Below, piece after piece: positions 9,274-18,656 of a stretch of 64,000 nucleotides of DNA; the first letter of the stretch is position 1; each line of letters opens with the position of its first letter. Position numbers and translations under genes: made by a program. The DNA comes from an uncultured delta proteobacterium. GTDB lineage: Bacteria > Myxococcota_A > Polyangia > Fen-1088. Under the pieces are notes generated by a model. The model had not been told where the DNA came from and did not search any database. It worked only from the letters and a program-made list of their open reading frames with translations. The DNA lies in NCBI GenBank assembly GCA_963796685.1, contig CAWCMR010000008.1, positions 480,001 to 544,000 on the forward strand. The letters are read 5' to 3'.

Positions 9274-11082
9274 TCAATTGGCAACGGTGCGCAGATGGAA
9301 AGAATCGGCTTGGGTGTAGTCAGCAATGACGCTGAGAACGGGATAGCTCGACTGGGCCATGTTGCTGCTGAGCTGGTTCACGATGCAGGCGTCGTTCTGG
9401 TTGGGCACCCTCCCCGTGGCAAAAGATACCCACTGTTCGGCGTAGTAGTACTTGGCCTCCGGAAGATTGCCGATCTCGGTCATCAACCCCACCGGATTGG
9501 TGATTGTCTTCGTGTCCGTGGCGCTGAAGCGGACGTCGGCGGTCCCGTCGATATCTCCACCAAGCGGATCCTTATCCTGCCAGCTACCCACGGAGTTGTA
9601 GTGCTCGAGCACGAACCCCGCCGGGTTGATATTGACGCCGTGACACCCCTGGCACGGCTGATTGGCGGTCAGGGCCTCGATCTCCTGGCGCATGGTCGTG
9701 TAGGTGCCGGGCGGGATGGGTGTCTTGACGAAGCTGGGATCTGGGGTTCCGGGATTGATTCCGAGTACCCTACCGCTGATGAACGCGCCACGAAGGATGG
9801 GGCTCGTGACGTCATACTTGGAGAAGGTGCTCAGGAATCCAACTCGGGTCAGGAACCCAGGTCGTTGGCTCGCATCGAGTGCCACCTTTGTCGGCTGCGT
9901 GCCATAGCTCGAGGCGTCGAGTCCGTAGAGCGGAGCGGTGTCCTTGGTCACGAAGGCGTTGTTGCCAAGGAAGAGATCCTTGAACGTGCCACCGCCGAGA
10001 ACGACATCCTGGAAGAACGCATCCATCTCCGCCATGGCGGGAGCGTACGCGGCGTCGGTCCAATTCGGATACTGGCTCGAATCGTGACTATTATTGTTGA
10101 TCCAGTGCGACCCAGTTTCGATGCCCGCGTAGTAGTGAAGGAAGTTGGTCACGACCGCCTTCGCCTTGTCGCTCTTCAGCATCCGTTGCGCCTGCGCCGC
10201 GATTTGACTGGTCGTCGTAAGCTGACCTGCGTCGGCGGCCGAGCTCAGCGTGTCATCCGGAACTGTGCCCCAGAGAAGGAACGAGAGTCGCGTCGCGACT
10301 TCGTAACTGTTGAGCTTGGTGTTGCCATTGCTGTCTTTGTCTTGCGCCAGCTCCGGGAGCATGATGAACGAGGGCGAAGCGAGGAAGGCGTACAAAATCG
10401 CCTCGGCGACCTCTAGCGGCTGCCCCGCCGGGGTCAGGCTGTTGAGCCGCATGAAGCTCGTCACCTCTGTATCTGTAAGTGGTCGACGAAACGCTTTGCG
10501 CCCAAAGGTCTTGACGGTGTTGGTCAAGCAGGAGGTATCTTTGGTCGGATCGCAAATAATGAAGTTGGACTTATTGGAGCCAGCCATGACTTCGGCGGCA
10601 ATCTCTTGCGCAGCCGAAAGGTAGCCGTTCCACCCGATGTCGGTGAGTGCGCCATCGGAATCCGGGGCGAGGAGCGAAGATGGGGGTTGGTTCCCGTTGC
10701 TCGACAAACCCGTGAGGCCGAGCAGATCTCGCACCACATTATCGTATGCCGCATCCTTCATACGCGGGATCTGAGACGTCGGCGGGACGCCTGAGACGCA
10801 GGACAGCTCAACGGTCGCGGAGCCGGCGTTGCCGGAGGCACCCCCGTTGGCGGAGGAGCCACTCCCGGCACCGGTCCCCCCGCCTGCCCCCGAAACCGTA
10901 CCAGTGGAGTTCGTGCCGGTGCCCCCTCCTCCCGCCCCACTCGTAGAGATGCCACCGGTTCCGTTGTCCTGGCTCCCGCTCCCGCCCGAACCGGACGGGG
11001 AATGGTTGGGCACGACCTGGGGTGGTGAACAGCCAAACATCAGCACGGACGCAATGGTGATAGCACTTAGAGAAAGACGCAT
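9274..11082 (-). CDS. DUF1587/1595/1592/1588/1585 domain lipoprotein
   Basis: Lipobox MFGC, YDNVVRDLLG, RKAFRRP, YEVATRLSFLLW, RPGFLT, TSPILRG, CQGCH, FVLEHYNSVG. Confidence 0.92.
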   Translation of the reverse strand: MRLSLSAITIASVLMFGCSPPQVVPNHSPSGSGGSGSQDNGTGGISTSGAGGGGTGTNSTGTVSGAGGGTGAGSGSSANGGASGNAGSATVELSCVSGVPPTSQIPRMKDAAYDNVVRDLLGLTGLSSNGNQPPSSLLAPDSDGALTDIGWNGYLSAAQEIAAEVMAGSNKSNFIICDPTKDTSCLTNTVKTFGRKAFRRPLTDTEVTSFMRLNSLTPAGQPLEVAEAILYAFLASPSFIMLPELAQDKDSNGNTKLNSYEVATRLSFLLWGTVPDDTLSSAADAGQLTTTSQIAAQAQRMLKSDKAKAVVTNFLHYYAGIETGSHWINNNSHDSSQYPNWTDAAYAPAMAEMDAFFQDVVLGGGTFKDLFLGNNAFVTKDTAPLYGLDASSYGTQPTKVALDASQRPGFLTRVGFLSTFSKYDVTSPILRGAFISGRVLGINPGTPDPSFVKTPIPPGTYTTMRQEIEALTANQPCQGCHGVNINPAGFVLEHYNSVGSWQDKDPLGGDIDGTADVRFSATDTKTITNPVGLMTEIGNLPEAKYYYAEQWVSFATGRVPNQNDACIVNQLSSNMAQSSYPVLSVIADYTQADSFHLRTVAN

Positions 11083-11429
11083 GGCACCTCCATTCTCGTA
11101 GGCTAACCTGACAGGTTCGTCATAGTTCAGGGCAACGACGACCGAATAGCCGGCCCGGCTACACCCGCCGCGTCCGGGACGCTAATTGCAGTTCGATGCA
11201 TGGACTCGTCACTTCGTTACAGGAAAGGTGCGAACCACGTGCAAGGAATGGGAATCCTTATTGCGGACCTGGCAGCTCCGCATTTGGAACCGATGGAGTT
11301 GCCCACGGGCAAGTTCTGACGGGCGCGCTACGTTGTCCGCATTATTGGCGATGAACCGGCTCGTTTACGCATGTAGAATGGTCGTGTTGAAAGCACGTTT
11401 GGCACCACGAGATATGCATCGGAGGTTTC

Positions 11430-12350
11430 ATGGGTATCTGCTCTCGTCCTTGGATGGCGCTGATTGCGTTGAGCCTGTTCTGGTGTGGCGTAACGGTGGG
11501 GTGCCATCGAGATAGAAAAAGGACTGAACAACTCCTGACCGAGACGGTCAAGTCCTACGATCAGCTCCAGCCGGAGCTCACCGCGCTCAAGGCCTCGTTG
11601 GGAGGACTGCGCAAGGACGTCGAGGACATCGCAACCAAGGTCCCGGGCGGGGCCGAATTGCGAGCGAAGTATTACAACGCGGATGAGGTCGCCGGCGTGC
11701 TTGACGCCAAGATGAAGTGGCTGTCCGACAGGATTGAGTCCGCCCGGCGTGACCCGAGGATGGCCGAGGTCGACAGCTTGCGGGATGCGATCGCGAAGAC
11801 GAGTGACGACATGGGACAGGTGAGCAACGTCCTAGTCGAGCTGACGCACGAAAAGGCACGCCTGGAGCGGCTCGCCGCGCTCCTCAAAGCCCCCTACGAA
11901 CGCCAGCTTTCCACGGGCTACGTGGTCAAGGCCGCGACGGACGGCGTGGAGTCGCACCTCATCGATTTCATCGAAGACGCCAACAAAAAGATCGACAAGG
12001 CGGATTGGTTCGATTTCGATCGGTTGCGGTTTGTGGGCGACAGCGCCAACCTCGACTTTCGAGGCTCGTTATCTCAGCTCGAAAACGTCGCGCGCATTCT
12101 CGCGGCCTATCCCGCCGTCAGGTTGAAGATTGGAGGCTTCACCGACGATAGAGGGACGGCTGCCGCAAGCAAGAGACTGTCGACACAACGGGCTCAGGCC
12201 GTGAAGAAGGCTCTCGTTCAGTCGGGGGCAAACCCGGCGCGCCTTGAAGCGCAAGGTTATGGTGCCCAACATCCGGAGTGTCCAGCCAATGATTCCGAGG
12301 TCTGTCGGGCGCGCAACCAATGCATCGCCGCGCTCATAACGGCGAAGTAG
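11430..12350 (+). CDS. OmpA-family lipoprotein with N-terminal coiled coil
   Basis: TVGC lipobox; WFDFDRLRF, IGGFTDD, LSTQRA and LEAQGYG of the OmpA C-terminal domain. Confidence 0.88.
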   Translation: MGICSRPWMALIALSLFWCGVTVGCHRDRKRTEQLLTETVKSYDQLQPELTALKASLGGLRKDVEDIATKVPGGAELRAKYYNADEVAGVLDAKMKWLSDRIESARRDPRMAEVDSLRDAIAKTSDDMGQVSNVLVELTHEKARLERLAALLKAPYERQLSTGYVVKAATDGVESHLIDFIEDANKKIDKADWFDFDRLRFVGDSANLDFRGSLSQLENVARILAAYPAVRLKIGGFTDDRGTAAASKRLSTQRAQAVKKALVQSGANPARLEAQGYGAQHPECPANDSEVCRARNQCIAALITAK

Positions 12351-12629
12351 CCTGGTGAAGTTCGAGCCGTCCATTGCGTATTGAGCACAAAAGTACCAAT
12401 TGGTATCGAGAATGGCCGGACGACTGCACGGCCGGTCCGCGCAAAGTGACATCATGTAAGCGACTTCGTGGCTATTTCGGTTGTTTGCATGAAGTGCCGA
12501 AATGTGCTGATTCACAGACGCGGATGTTCCGGCTCGTTGAAGTGTGTGCGCACGTGGCACCATTTCGCGGGCTCTGCATCTGAACGAAATCCCGAGTCGT
12601 TCGGCTCGCCAGAACAGGTGGGGAAAATC

Positions 12630-13571
12630 ATGCTCTCTTCCAGACTCTTCAAGCTCGCAATTTCAGGTCTTGGCATCGTGGCCGCACTCGCCAGTTGCAG
12701 CTCGTCATCCAACTCCCCTTCGGGCTCGGGTGGCTCGGCAGTGGGTTCGCGCGGCATGGCCAGTGGCGGCGTCATGAGCTCCGGCAGCATGGCCAGCGGC
12801 GGCGTCATGGGCTCGGGCGGCGTGGCCAGCGGCGGAATCTTGGGCTCGGGCGGCATGGCCAGCGGTGGCTCCTTGGGCTCGGGCGGCATGGCCAGCGGCG
12901 GCGCCATGGGCTCCGGCAGCATGGCCAACGGCGGCGCGACCGGCTCTGGAGCTGGTGGCAAGACTGAGTCAGGGGGAGCCGTGGCAGGAGGCGGAGGGTC
13001 TGCGGGCACAATGCTTGGCGCTGGCGGCGGTGGCGGGAGCACCGGCTCGGCAATCGGGGGCGCCGACGGCGGCACGGAGAGCGGCACGTTCGACCTGACC
13101 AGCCCGGATCTGATGGATGGTGCCCACTTCGATTCCCAGTTCACCTGTGCGGCCTCGAATGGAACGTTCGGCTCCGGTGTCAACCCCGAGCTCGATTGGT
13201 CCGGGGCCCCGGCCGGCACCATGTCCTTCGCAATAACCTTCATCGACACGACCCTCGGGGACACCAATCCGATGGGGCAGCATTGGGCCATCTGGAACAT
13301 CCCGGCTACCGTGATGAAGCTCCCGCAGGCAACAGCGACGTTGACCGGGGATCTCGCGATGGCCAAACAAAGCGGCAAGTTTCTCGCCCCCTGCGCGCAA
13401 TCGCTGACGAACAATATGGACGATCAATACGCGTTCACCATCTATGCGCTCTCGACCGCAACCCTCGATGTGACGGGCACCACCGTCGCGAATGCGCTGA
13501 CGGCGTTGAAAGCCATCTCGCCGCTGGGAACGGCGGTCCTCCATGGACACGCCGGCCTCAAAGGCCAGTAG
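12630..13571 (+). CDS. YbhB/YbcL (PEBP) family lipoprotein with Gly-rich repeat linker
   Basis: LASC lipobox; FDLTSP, NPELDWSGAPAGT.SFA, HWAIWNIP, YAFTIYAL. Confidence 0.88.
   Translation: MLSSRLFKLAISGLGIVAALASCSSSSNSPSGSGGSAVGSRGMASGGVMSSGSMASGGVMGSGGVASGGILGSGGMASGGSLGSGGMASGGAMGSGSMANGGATGSGAGGKTESGGAVAGGGGSAGTMLGAGGGGGSTGSAIGGADGGTESGTFDLTSPDLMDGAHFDSQFTCAASNGTFGSGVNPELDWSGAPAGTMSFAITFIDTTLGDTNPMGQHWAIWNIPATVMKLPQATATLTGDLAMAKQSGKFLAPCAQSLTNNMDDQYAFTIYALSTATLDVTGTTVANALTALKAISPLGTAVLHGHAGLKGQ
12753..12950 (+). repeat. six degenerate 33-bp coding repeats (GMASGGxMGSG)
   Basis: Directly visible in the DNA and protein. Confidence 0.85.
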
Positions 13572-13823
13572 CTCAGTACCACAGGTGGAACGTGCCGCTC
13601 ACGTGGAGTAGCGCGAGCATAGAGAGTGTACCGTCCCAACTTGTCACGGAAATCGATGACGCCCCGAAAAGGTATCCTCGACACTCGTGACGCGTCTAGG
13701 CTATGCGGCCATGGCTGAATCTCGACTGACCTGCCTGTGCCAATGCGTAGCGCCGGCACACCGTGACGCGACCGCAACGCCACAAGGTTCTCGTCGTTCT
13801 CCACGCGACACTCCATCGCTGAT

Positions 13824-13850
13824 GAACATGATGTTCCTACATGATATATT
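13824..13850 (+). promoter_or_regulatory. putative TA promoter/operator: inverted repeat GAACAT-G-ATGTTC and extended -10 TGaTATATT
   Basis: IR at 13824-13836; TATATT at 13845-13850, 6 nt before GTG 13857. Confidence 0.55.
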
Positions 13851-13856
13851 CGGGAT

Positions 13857-14114
13857 GTGAAGAGCCTTGTCACAACCCTGACCGAACGCGGACAGGCATC
13901 CCTGCCCGCATCGTTGCGCAAAGAACTGGGGCTCAAGCCGGGGCAACGTCTAAGGTGGCAGAAGCTCTCCGCATGCGAGGTGCGGTTGCTCGTGGAAGTG
14001 GGGAAACAGATCGCCGGGCCCAAGGCCATGCTGGGATTCGCCAAGACCTTTCGTAGCCCCAGACGAACCGCTGATTGGATGAGGGATCTGCGCGCTGGTG
14101 AAGCCCCTCGATGA
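13857..14114 (+). CDS. AbrB/MazE/SpoVT-family antitoxin
   Basis: TTLTERGQASLPASLRKELGLKPGQRL swapped-hairpin motif; overlaps the PIN gene (ATGA). Confidence 0.9.
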   Translation: MKSLVTTLTERGQASLPASLRKELGLKPGQRLRWQKLSACEVRLLVEVGKQIAGPKAMLGFAKTFRSPRRTADWMRDLRAGEAPR

Positions 14115-14521
14115 GCTGGGTGGTTGACACCTGCGTCCTCATTGACGTGCTCGAGGACGATCCAACCTTCGGAGCCTCATCGGCGAACCAGCTTGAAAAG
14201 TCGTTGCGGAACGGGCTCGTGATCTCCCCAGTGACCATGATTGAATTGTCGCCGGCTTTTGACGGCAGCATGGAAACGCAGAAACACTTTTTGGGTCAGG
14301 TCGGCATCGGCTTCACCGAAAGCTGGACCTTCGCGGACACTGAGTGCGCGTATCTCGCCTGGAATGCGTATGTTCAGGCTCGACGCGCAAGCGATACGCC
14401 GAAGCGCCCTCTGGCCGATCTACTCATCGGCGCTTTCGCGTGCAGGTACCAAGGACTGATCACGCGCAATCCCAGCGATTTTCGCCGTTGGTTTCCCAAA
14501 CTGAAACTACGGCAGCCGTAA
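14111..14521 (+). CDS. vapC: PIN-domain VapC toxin
   Basis: VVDTCVLID, IELS, LADLLIGAFA, LITRNPSDF. Confidence 0.9.
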   Translation: MSWVVDTCVLIDVLEDDPTFGASSANQLEKSLRNGLVISPVTMIELSPAFDGSMETQKHFLGQVGIGFTESWTFADTECAYLAWNAYVQARRASDTPKRPLADLLIGAFACRYQGLITRNPSDFRRWFPKLKLRQP

Positions 14522-14670
14522 CCCGGAACGACGCAAGACGATGAGCTGCTGGCGAAGGACCACATCCTCCGCGAAGAGGGCGGCGCGGGATTGGAAGATG
14601 TAACGCAGAGCGCTCGACACGGTCTCGAGGATTTCGACAAGCTCAAACCGGGTCGGCAACGCACTGCTCA

Positions 14671-14704
14671 GTCCCTCATGATTCCCTCATTCGGAATGAG
14701 GGAC
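14671..14704. repeat. TCCCTCAT motif: two direct copies and one inverted copy (hairpin CCCTCATT-CGG-AATGAGGG)
   Basis: Seen directly, about 45-75 bp beyond the tRNA 3' end. Confidence 0.7.
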
Positions 14705-14747
14705 GCCGGAGCAAGACGATTGGGACCGTAAGACTGCGAAAAGTTTG

Positions 14748-14821
<74 letters not shown>

Positions 14822-14886
14822 TCACGTTCGAGAGGCAAGAAGGTGCAGCATCACGGCCTGCTCGTCAAGTGAGAACGCGTGAAAAG

Positions 14887-16497
14887 CTAGAGCGCGACGC
14901 GAAGTCCCACGCCCAGGTCGAAGAGCGCGGGTGCACGAACGATCGGGGGAGATGGCGGACAAGGCAGGTCGTTGCTGTTGAAGCCGAAGCGAAACTCGCC
15001 ATTTTGTTGGCCCCAGTGAACGGCACCGTAGGCTTCGAAGCGAATGTGGGTGAGCACCGTCAGCGAGTAGTCGAGCCGGGTGATGCCGGACCGGTCCGAC
15101 AGGTTCGCCAGGTTCGAAAGGGTGAAGGTTGTGTTGTCCCAGGAGTAGGGCGCGGGAGCCGTGGCGAACACGGCCAGGTAGTGCCGCCCAAGATAGAAGA
15201 ACGTCGCGGGATTCAGGAGTGGCTGGCTACGAGGAAGAACGAGGCCGAGATAGTCCTTGGCCGAGGAATAGCCGAGGCCATTGTAGAAGTACTCGGCTCC
15301 CACGGTAACCGTGTCCTTGTCGGCATACTGGCGGGTATACGAGACCCCGCCCGTAGCCTGCGGCTTCCAGCCCGAACCGCGCCCCGAGGGGAAGTAGCTA
15401 TTCACCAAATCCGAATAGCTGGGCGAGCTGGGTTGGGCGCTGCAGACGACCGGCTGCCCCGTGCCAGCCGTGGCGTCGTAGTGAACGAAATCGACATCCC
15501 CGGCGTTCCGCAGCGCTGCCTCCCCGTAGAAATCCAGATCCCAAACGCCGAACGAGAAATCGCCCGCGAACTTGGCCTTGCTGTTTTGTCTGCCGAAGAC
15601 GCCGACGCCGCCCTCGAAGGTGCCAAGCACGACTTCAGCGCGCGACGCCACCGCAACTCTGCCGGCGGTCTGGGTTGCGTCCACGTTCTCGGGCAAGGCA
15701 TAGGCGTAGAAATTCCACCCGCGCTCCTCCCACGGAATGTCCAGCTTCAGCATGGTGGTTCCGGTGCGCGCGTCGAAGGGAAGCAGGGGATTGCGCGCCT
15801 GCATGTGCAGGTAGTCCGTGGGAGCCCAGAAGCGCGCGGTTCCCCAACGCACGTGCTGCTTGCCCGCGGTCACGAACACAGTGTGCAAGAGATCGAAGCT
15901 CAACCACATCTGGTCGAGCAATACATTCGGTCCGCGCGTTTGCTGGCCGAAGATAGACGCGCTCGTGGAATCGCTCTCTTGCGCCGAGGACGACGACGCG
16001 ACGGTGGGCGTGGACGCAGAGCTTCCGTTCGGTGGGAGCGTGGGATCGTAGAACATGCGGCCGAGCACGAAGGCTCGCACGCGATCGTTGGGGCGCGCAT
16101 CCATGAAGACGTCGAGCAGCGCCGGGGTAGACAGACTCCAGTTCTGCGGCTTTTGTCCCTGTCCGACGGTGCTCATCGCGCGCCAATAGAGTTGTCCGCC
16201 GATCTTCAACGGATCCTCCGGTGCCACATCCGCAGAAAACCGTATGGGCGCGTTGGGATTCCCGAGATTCATTTCATCCCGCACGTCGGTTTCAACCCCC
16301 GTCCCTGTCCCCGTATCCGTGGTCGTGGCCGTGGCCGTGGTCGTGGCCGTGGCCGTGGCCGTGGCCGTGGCCGTCCCCGTCGCACTCTCACCCTTCCCCG
16401 CCCCGCCGAAGATCTCGTCTTCCGACGGCTGCTCCTGCGCCTGCGCACTTCCCGCAACCAGGAGCGCCCCACACAGCACCCCGACGGTGCCCCTCAT
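14887..16497 (-). CDS. exported protein, putative outer-membrane beta-barrel of the Lol-like operon
   Basis: Signal peptide (AQA), acidic SEDEIFG, TAGKQHVRWG...FWAPTD, amphipathic beta-strands, ends in LGVGLRVAL. Confidence 0.75.
   Translation of the reverse strand: MRGTVGVLCGALLVAGSAQAQEQPSEDEIFGGAGKGESATGTATATATATATTTATATTTDTGTGTGVETDVRDEMNLGNPNAPIRFSADVAPEDPLKIGGQLYWRAMSTVGQGQKPQNWSLSTPALLDVFMDARPNDRVRAFVLGRMFYDPTLPPNGSSASTPTVASSSSAQESDSTSASIFGQQTRGPNVLLDQMWLSFDLLHTVFVTAGKQHVRWGTARFWAPTDYLHMQARNPLLPFDARTGTTMLKLDIPWEERGWNFYAYALPENVDATQTAGRVAVASRAEVVLGTFEGGVGVFGRQNSKAKFAGDFSFGVWDLDFYGEAALRNAGDVDFVHYDATAGTGQPVVCSAQPSSPSYSDLVNSYFPSGRGSGWKPQATGGVSYTRQYADKDTVTVGAEYFYNGLGYSSAKDYLGLVLPRSQPLLNPATFFYLGRHYLAVFATAPAPYSWDNTTFTLSNLANLSDRSGITRLDYSLTVLTHIRFEAYGAVHWGQQNGEFRFGFNSNDLPCPPSPPIVRAPALFDLGVGLRVAL
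16321..16374. repeat. nine tandem GG(C/T)CGT hexamers encoding a Thr-Ala linker
   Basis: Directly visible. Confidence 0.9.
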
Positions 16498-17321
16498 CGG
16501 CTCTTGCTCTCCAGCCAGGCCTTCGTGAACAGATTCGCCTCGAGCGGCTTCATGTCGACGCTCTTGACCACGATCAGGGTCTGGTTGGCCTTCTCGACCT
16601 CGTCAAGGAAACGCATCTCCTCCGGGTACCACACGTCCATCTTGCGTGATTCGCTGTAGGCCTTCATCCACTTCGGGTAGTATGAGGTGCGCAGAAGACG
16701 CCCGGACAGCGCGAATTCCTGGCGCTTGAGCACGTTCTTGGTGGCCTTGTCGACCCACAGCTTGATGACCGGGAAGGCGAGATCGATGTCGGGCTTCCCC
16801 TTCAGGGTCATGACCTGCGCGGTGTAGGCGCCCAGCTTGGCTTCGCCATTGTCCTCGGGATCGTACTCCTCGGCCAGGCGCGATTCGTCGAAGTCCGAGC
16901 GCCGCGAGTTGGTGCCGCCGATGCGCTCGCGCTCGGTCCGGCGTTCCCACTTGCCCACCGAGGGATCGTAGAACCACAGGTTCTTGTCGATGCGCAGGTA
17001 CCCCTGCCCCTGCGAGGCCTTGGGCTTGGTGAACAGGATGATGAACTTCTGATCCTGGCTGCGCCGGAACACCAGCGCCTCGTAGGCCACGTCGACCTTG
17101 CCCTTCTCCTTCTGCTCCATGTAGATGAGCGAGCGCCAGTCACCCTGGTTGCGTTGCCGGTCGTCGACGGCCTTCAAGAGATCGACCATCTCCTGTTTGG
17201 TTGCCGCGTGGGCGGCTTTGGGCAGGGCGAACCCCGACAGTATCGACAACAAGGTCACGGCCAGGTAACCCGTACGACTGCTCGACCTAGACGACGACGA
17301 CGACATGGACAGCTCCTTCAT
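16494..17321 (-). CDS. outer-membrane lipoprotein-sorting (LolA-like) protein
   Basis: Signal peptide; FTKPK..GQGYLR...NLWFYDP, IGGTN..SDF, KLWVDK, FALSGRLLRT. Confidence 0.85.
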   Translation of the reverse strand: MKELSMSSSSSRSSSRTGYLAVTLLSILSGFALPKAAHAATKQEMVDLLKAVDDRQRNQGDWRSLIYMEQKEKGKVDVAYEALVFRRSQDQKFIILFTKPKASQGQGYLRIDKNLWFYDPSVGKWERRTERERIGGTNSRRSDFDESRLAEEYDPEDNGEAKLGAYTAQVMTLKGKPDIDLAFPVIKLWVDKATKNVLKRQEFALSGRLLRTSYYPKWMKAYSESRKMDVWYPEEMRFLDEVEKANQTLIVVKSVDMKPLEANLFTKAWLESKSR

Positions 17322-17330
17322 GGTCCGAGA

Positions 17331-18656
17331 CTAACCAAAGTGGGACATGGCCGACACGGGTGGCAAGCGCGCCGCCCGGTAGGCGGGATAGAGGGCGGCC
17401 AGAGTGGTGATGACGGTGATCATGAGCACCGACTCGGCCAAGGCTGGAGGATCGATCGCCAGGTGAAGCTGGTCCGACATCAAGAACAGCTGCACCGACA
17501 GCGGCACGCGAATGTGGGCCGCGTTCACCGAAGCCGCGATGACGGTGCCGGCCAGCGCCCCGGTCAGGGTGCCGATGAGCCCCATCTGGAACGACTCGAA
17601 CAGGAACATGCGCAGCACCCCGCCCCGCTGCATGCCGATGGCGCGCAGGGTGCCGATCTCGCGCGTGCGTTCGCGAATGGCGATCCACATGGTGTTCATG
17701 ATGCCGGTGATGACGATGGCGATGAGGATGGTCAAGAGCACGACCTTGAGCACGCTGATGACCTTCAAGGTCCAGGTCAGGAACGAGACCTCGTCTTCCC
17801 AGGTGGTGACGTCCAGCTTCTGGCCCGTCCAGTCCTCGCGATTGACGGTCTGAAACTTCATCCAGAAGGGATTGGCATCCGCGTCCATCAAGGTGTAGCC
17901 CGCTTTCTCGAGATCGCCACGCAACCGCCCGGCGATCTCGGCCGCCTGCGAGACGAACTTCGGCTTCAAATAGATCTGGATGACGCCCGTGGTGTCGGGC
18001 CGCAGCTGGTAGAGAGCGCGCGTGGTCTCGATGGGCACGAAGGTGCCGAACTTGCTCATTAGGCCCATGTCCTTCGCGATGGCGACGATGCGGCAGTCCA
18101 CGGTGTTGGCGGCCCCGCGGTTGGTCTGTGCCGAGATCGTGACGGCGTCGCCGACCTTCACCTTCAGGCGTTCGACCTGCGACTCGAAGATCATCATGGT
18201 GTTGCGCTCGGCCAGGTCCTCGATGCGACCGCTCACCACGGAGATCACGCGTTTGAAATCGGGCTCGTTCTTGATGTCGATACCGGTCACGCCGGCCTGC
18301 ATGGAGCCGGAATCCGAGATGATCTTGGCCCAGCCGCGTCCGCGGTGTACCCAGTGCTCGAGCTCGGGCACGTTCTGTTCCACGACCTTGGCCACCTTGG
18401 CGAACTCGGTCACCACGGGCCCCGATTGGCTCGACGTCACCTTGAAGAAGCCGCCCACGTTGACGTGGCCGGAGGACAGCGTGGTCGCGGCGCGAATCAT
18501 GGTGTCGCTGACCCCGGTCGAAAGGGCATTGAGCAGGACCAGGAGCCCGGTGACGCCCGCGATGGCCGCCACCAAAAAGACGGTGCGCCTGCGGTGCTGG
18601 AAGAGGCTGCGCAGGGCGATACGAAAATCGAGGAATAGATTGGTCATGGTGGTCAC
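17331..18656 (-). CDS. ABC transporter permease, FtsX/LolE family
   Basis: ALRSL..HRRRT and NTMWIAIRERTREIGTLRAIG. Confidence 0.92.
   Translation of the reverse strand: MTTMTNLFLDFRIALRSLFQHRRRTVFLVAAIAGVTGLLVLLNALSTGVSDTMIRAATTLSSGHVNVGGFFKVTSSQSGPVVTEFAKVAKVVEQNVPELEHWVHRGRGWAKIISDSGSMQAGVTGIDIKNEPDFKRVISVVSGRIEDLAERNTMMIFESQVERLKVKVGDAVTISAQTNRGAANTVDCRIVAIAKDMGLMSKFGTFVPIETTRALYQLRPDTTGVIQIYLKPKFVSQAAEIAGRLRGDLEKAGYTLMDADANPFWMKFQTVNREDWTGQKLDVTTWEDEVSFLTWTLKVISVLKVVLLTILIAIVITGIMNTMWIAIRERTREIGTLRAIGMQRGGVLRMFLFESFQMGLIGTLTGALAGTVIAASVNAAHIRVPLSVQLFLMSDQLHLAIDPPALAESVLMITVITTLAALYPAYRAARLPPVSAMSHFG

Noticed and set aside
12555-12570. TGGCAC sigma-54-like sites at ~12555 and ~11400
   Set aside because: The GG-to-GC spacing is not N10.
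14522-14670. Possible integrase remnant next to the tRNA
   Set aside because: No recognisable R-H-R-Y tyrosine recombinase motifs.
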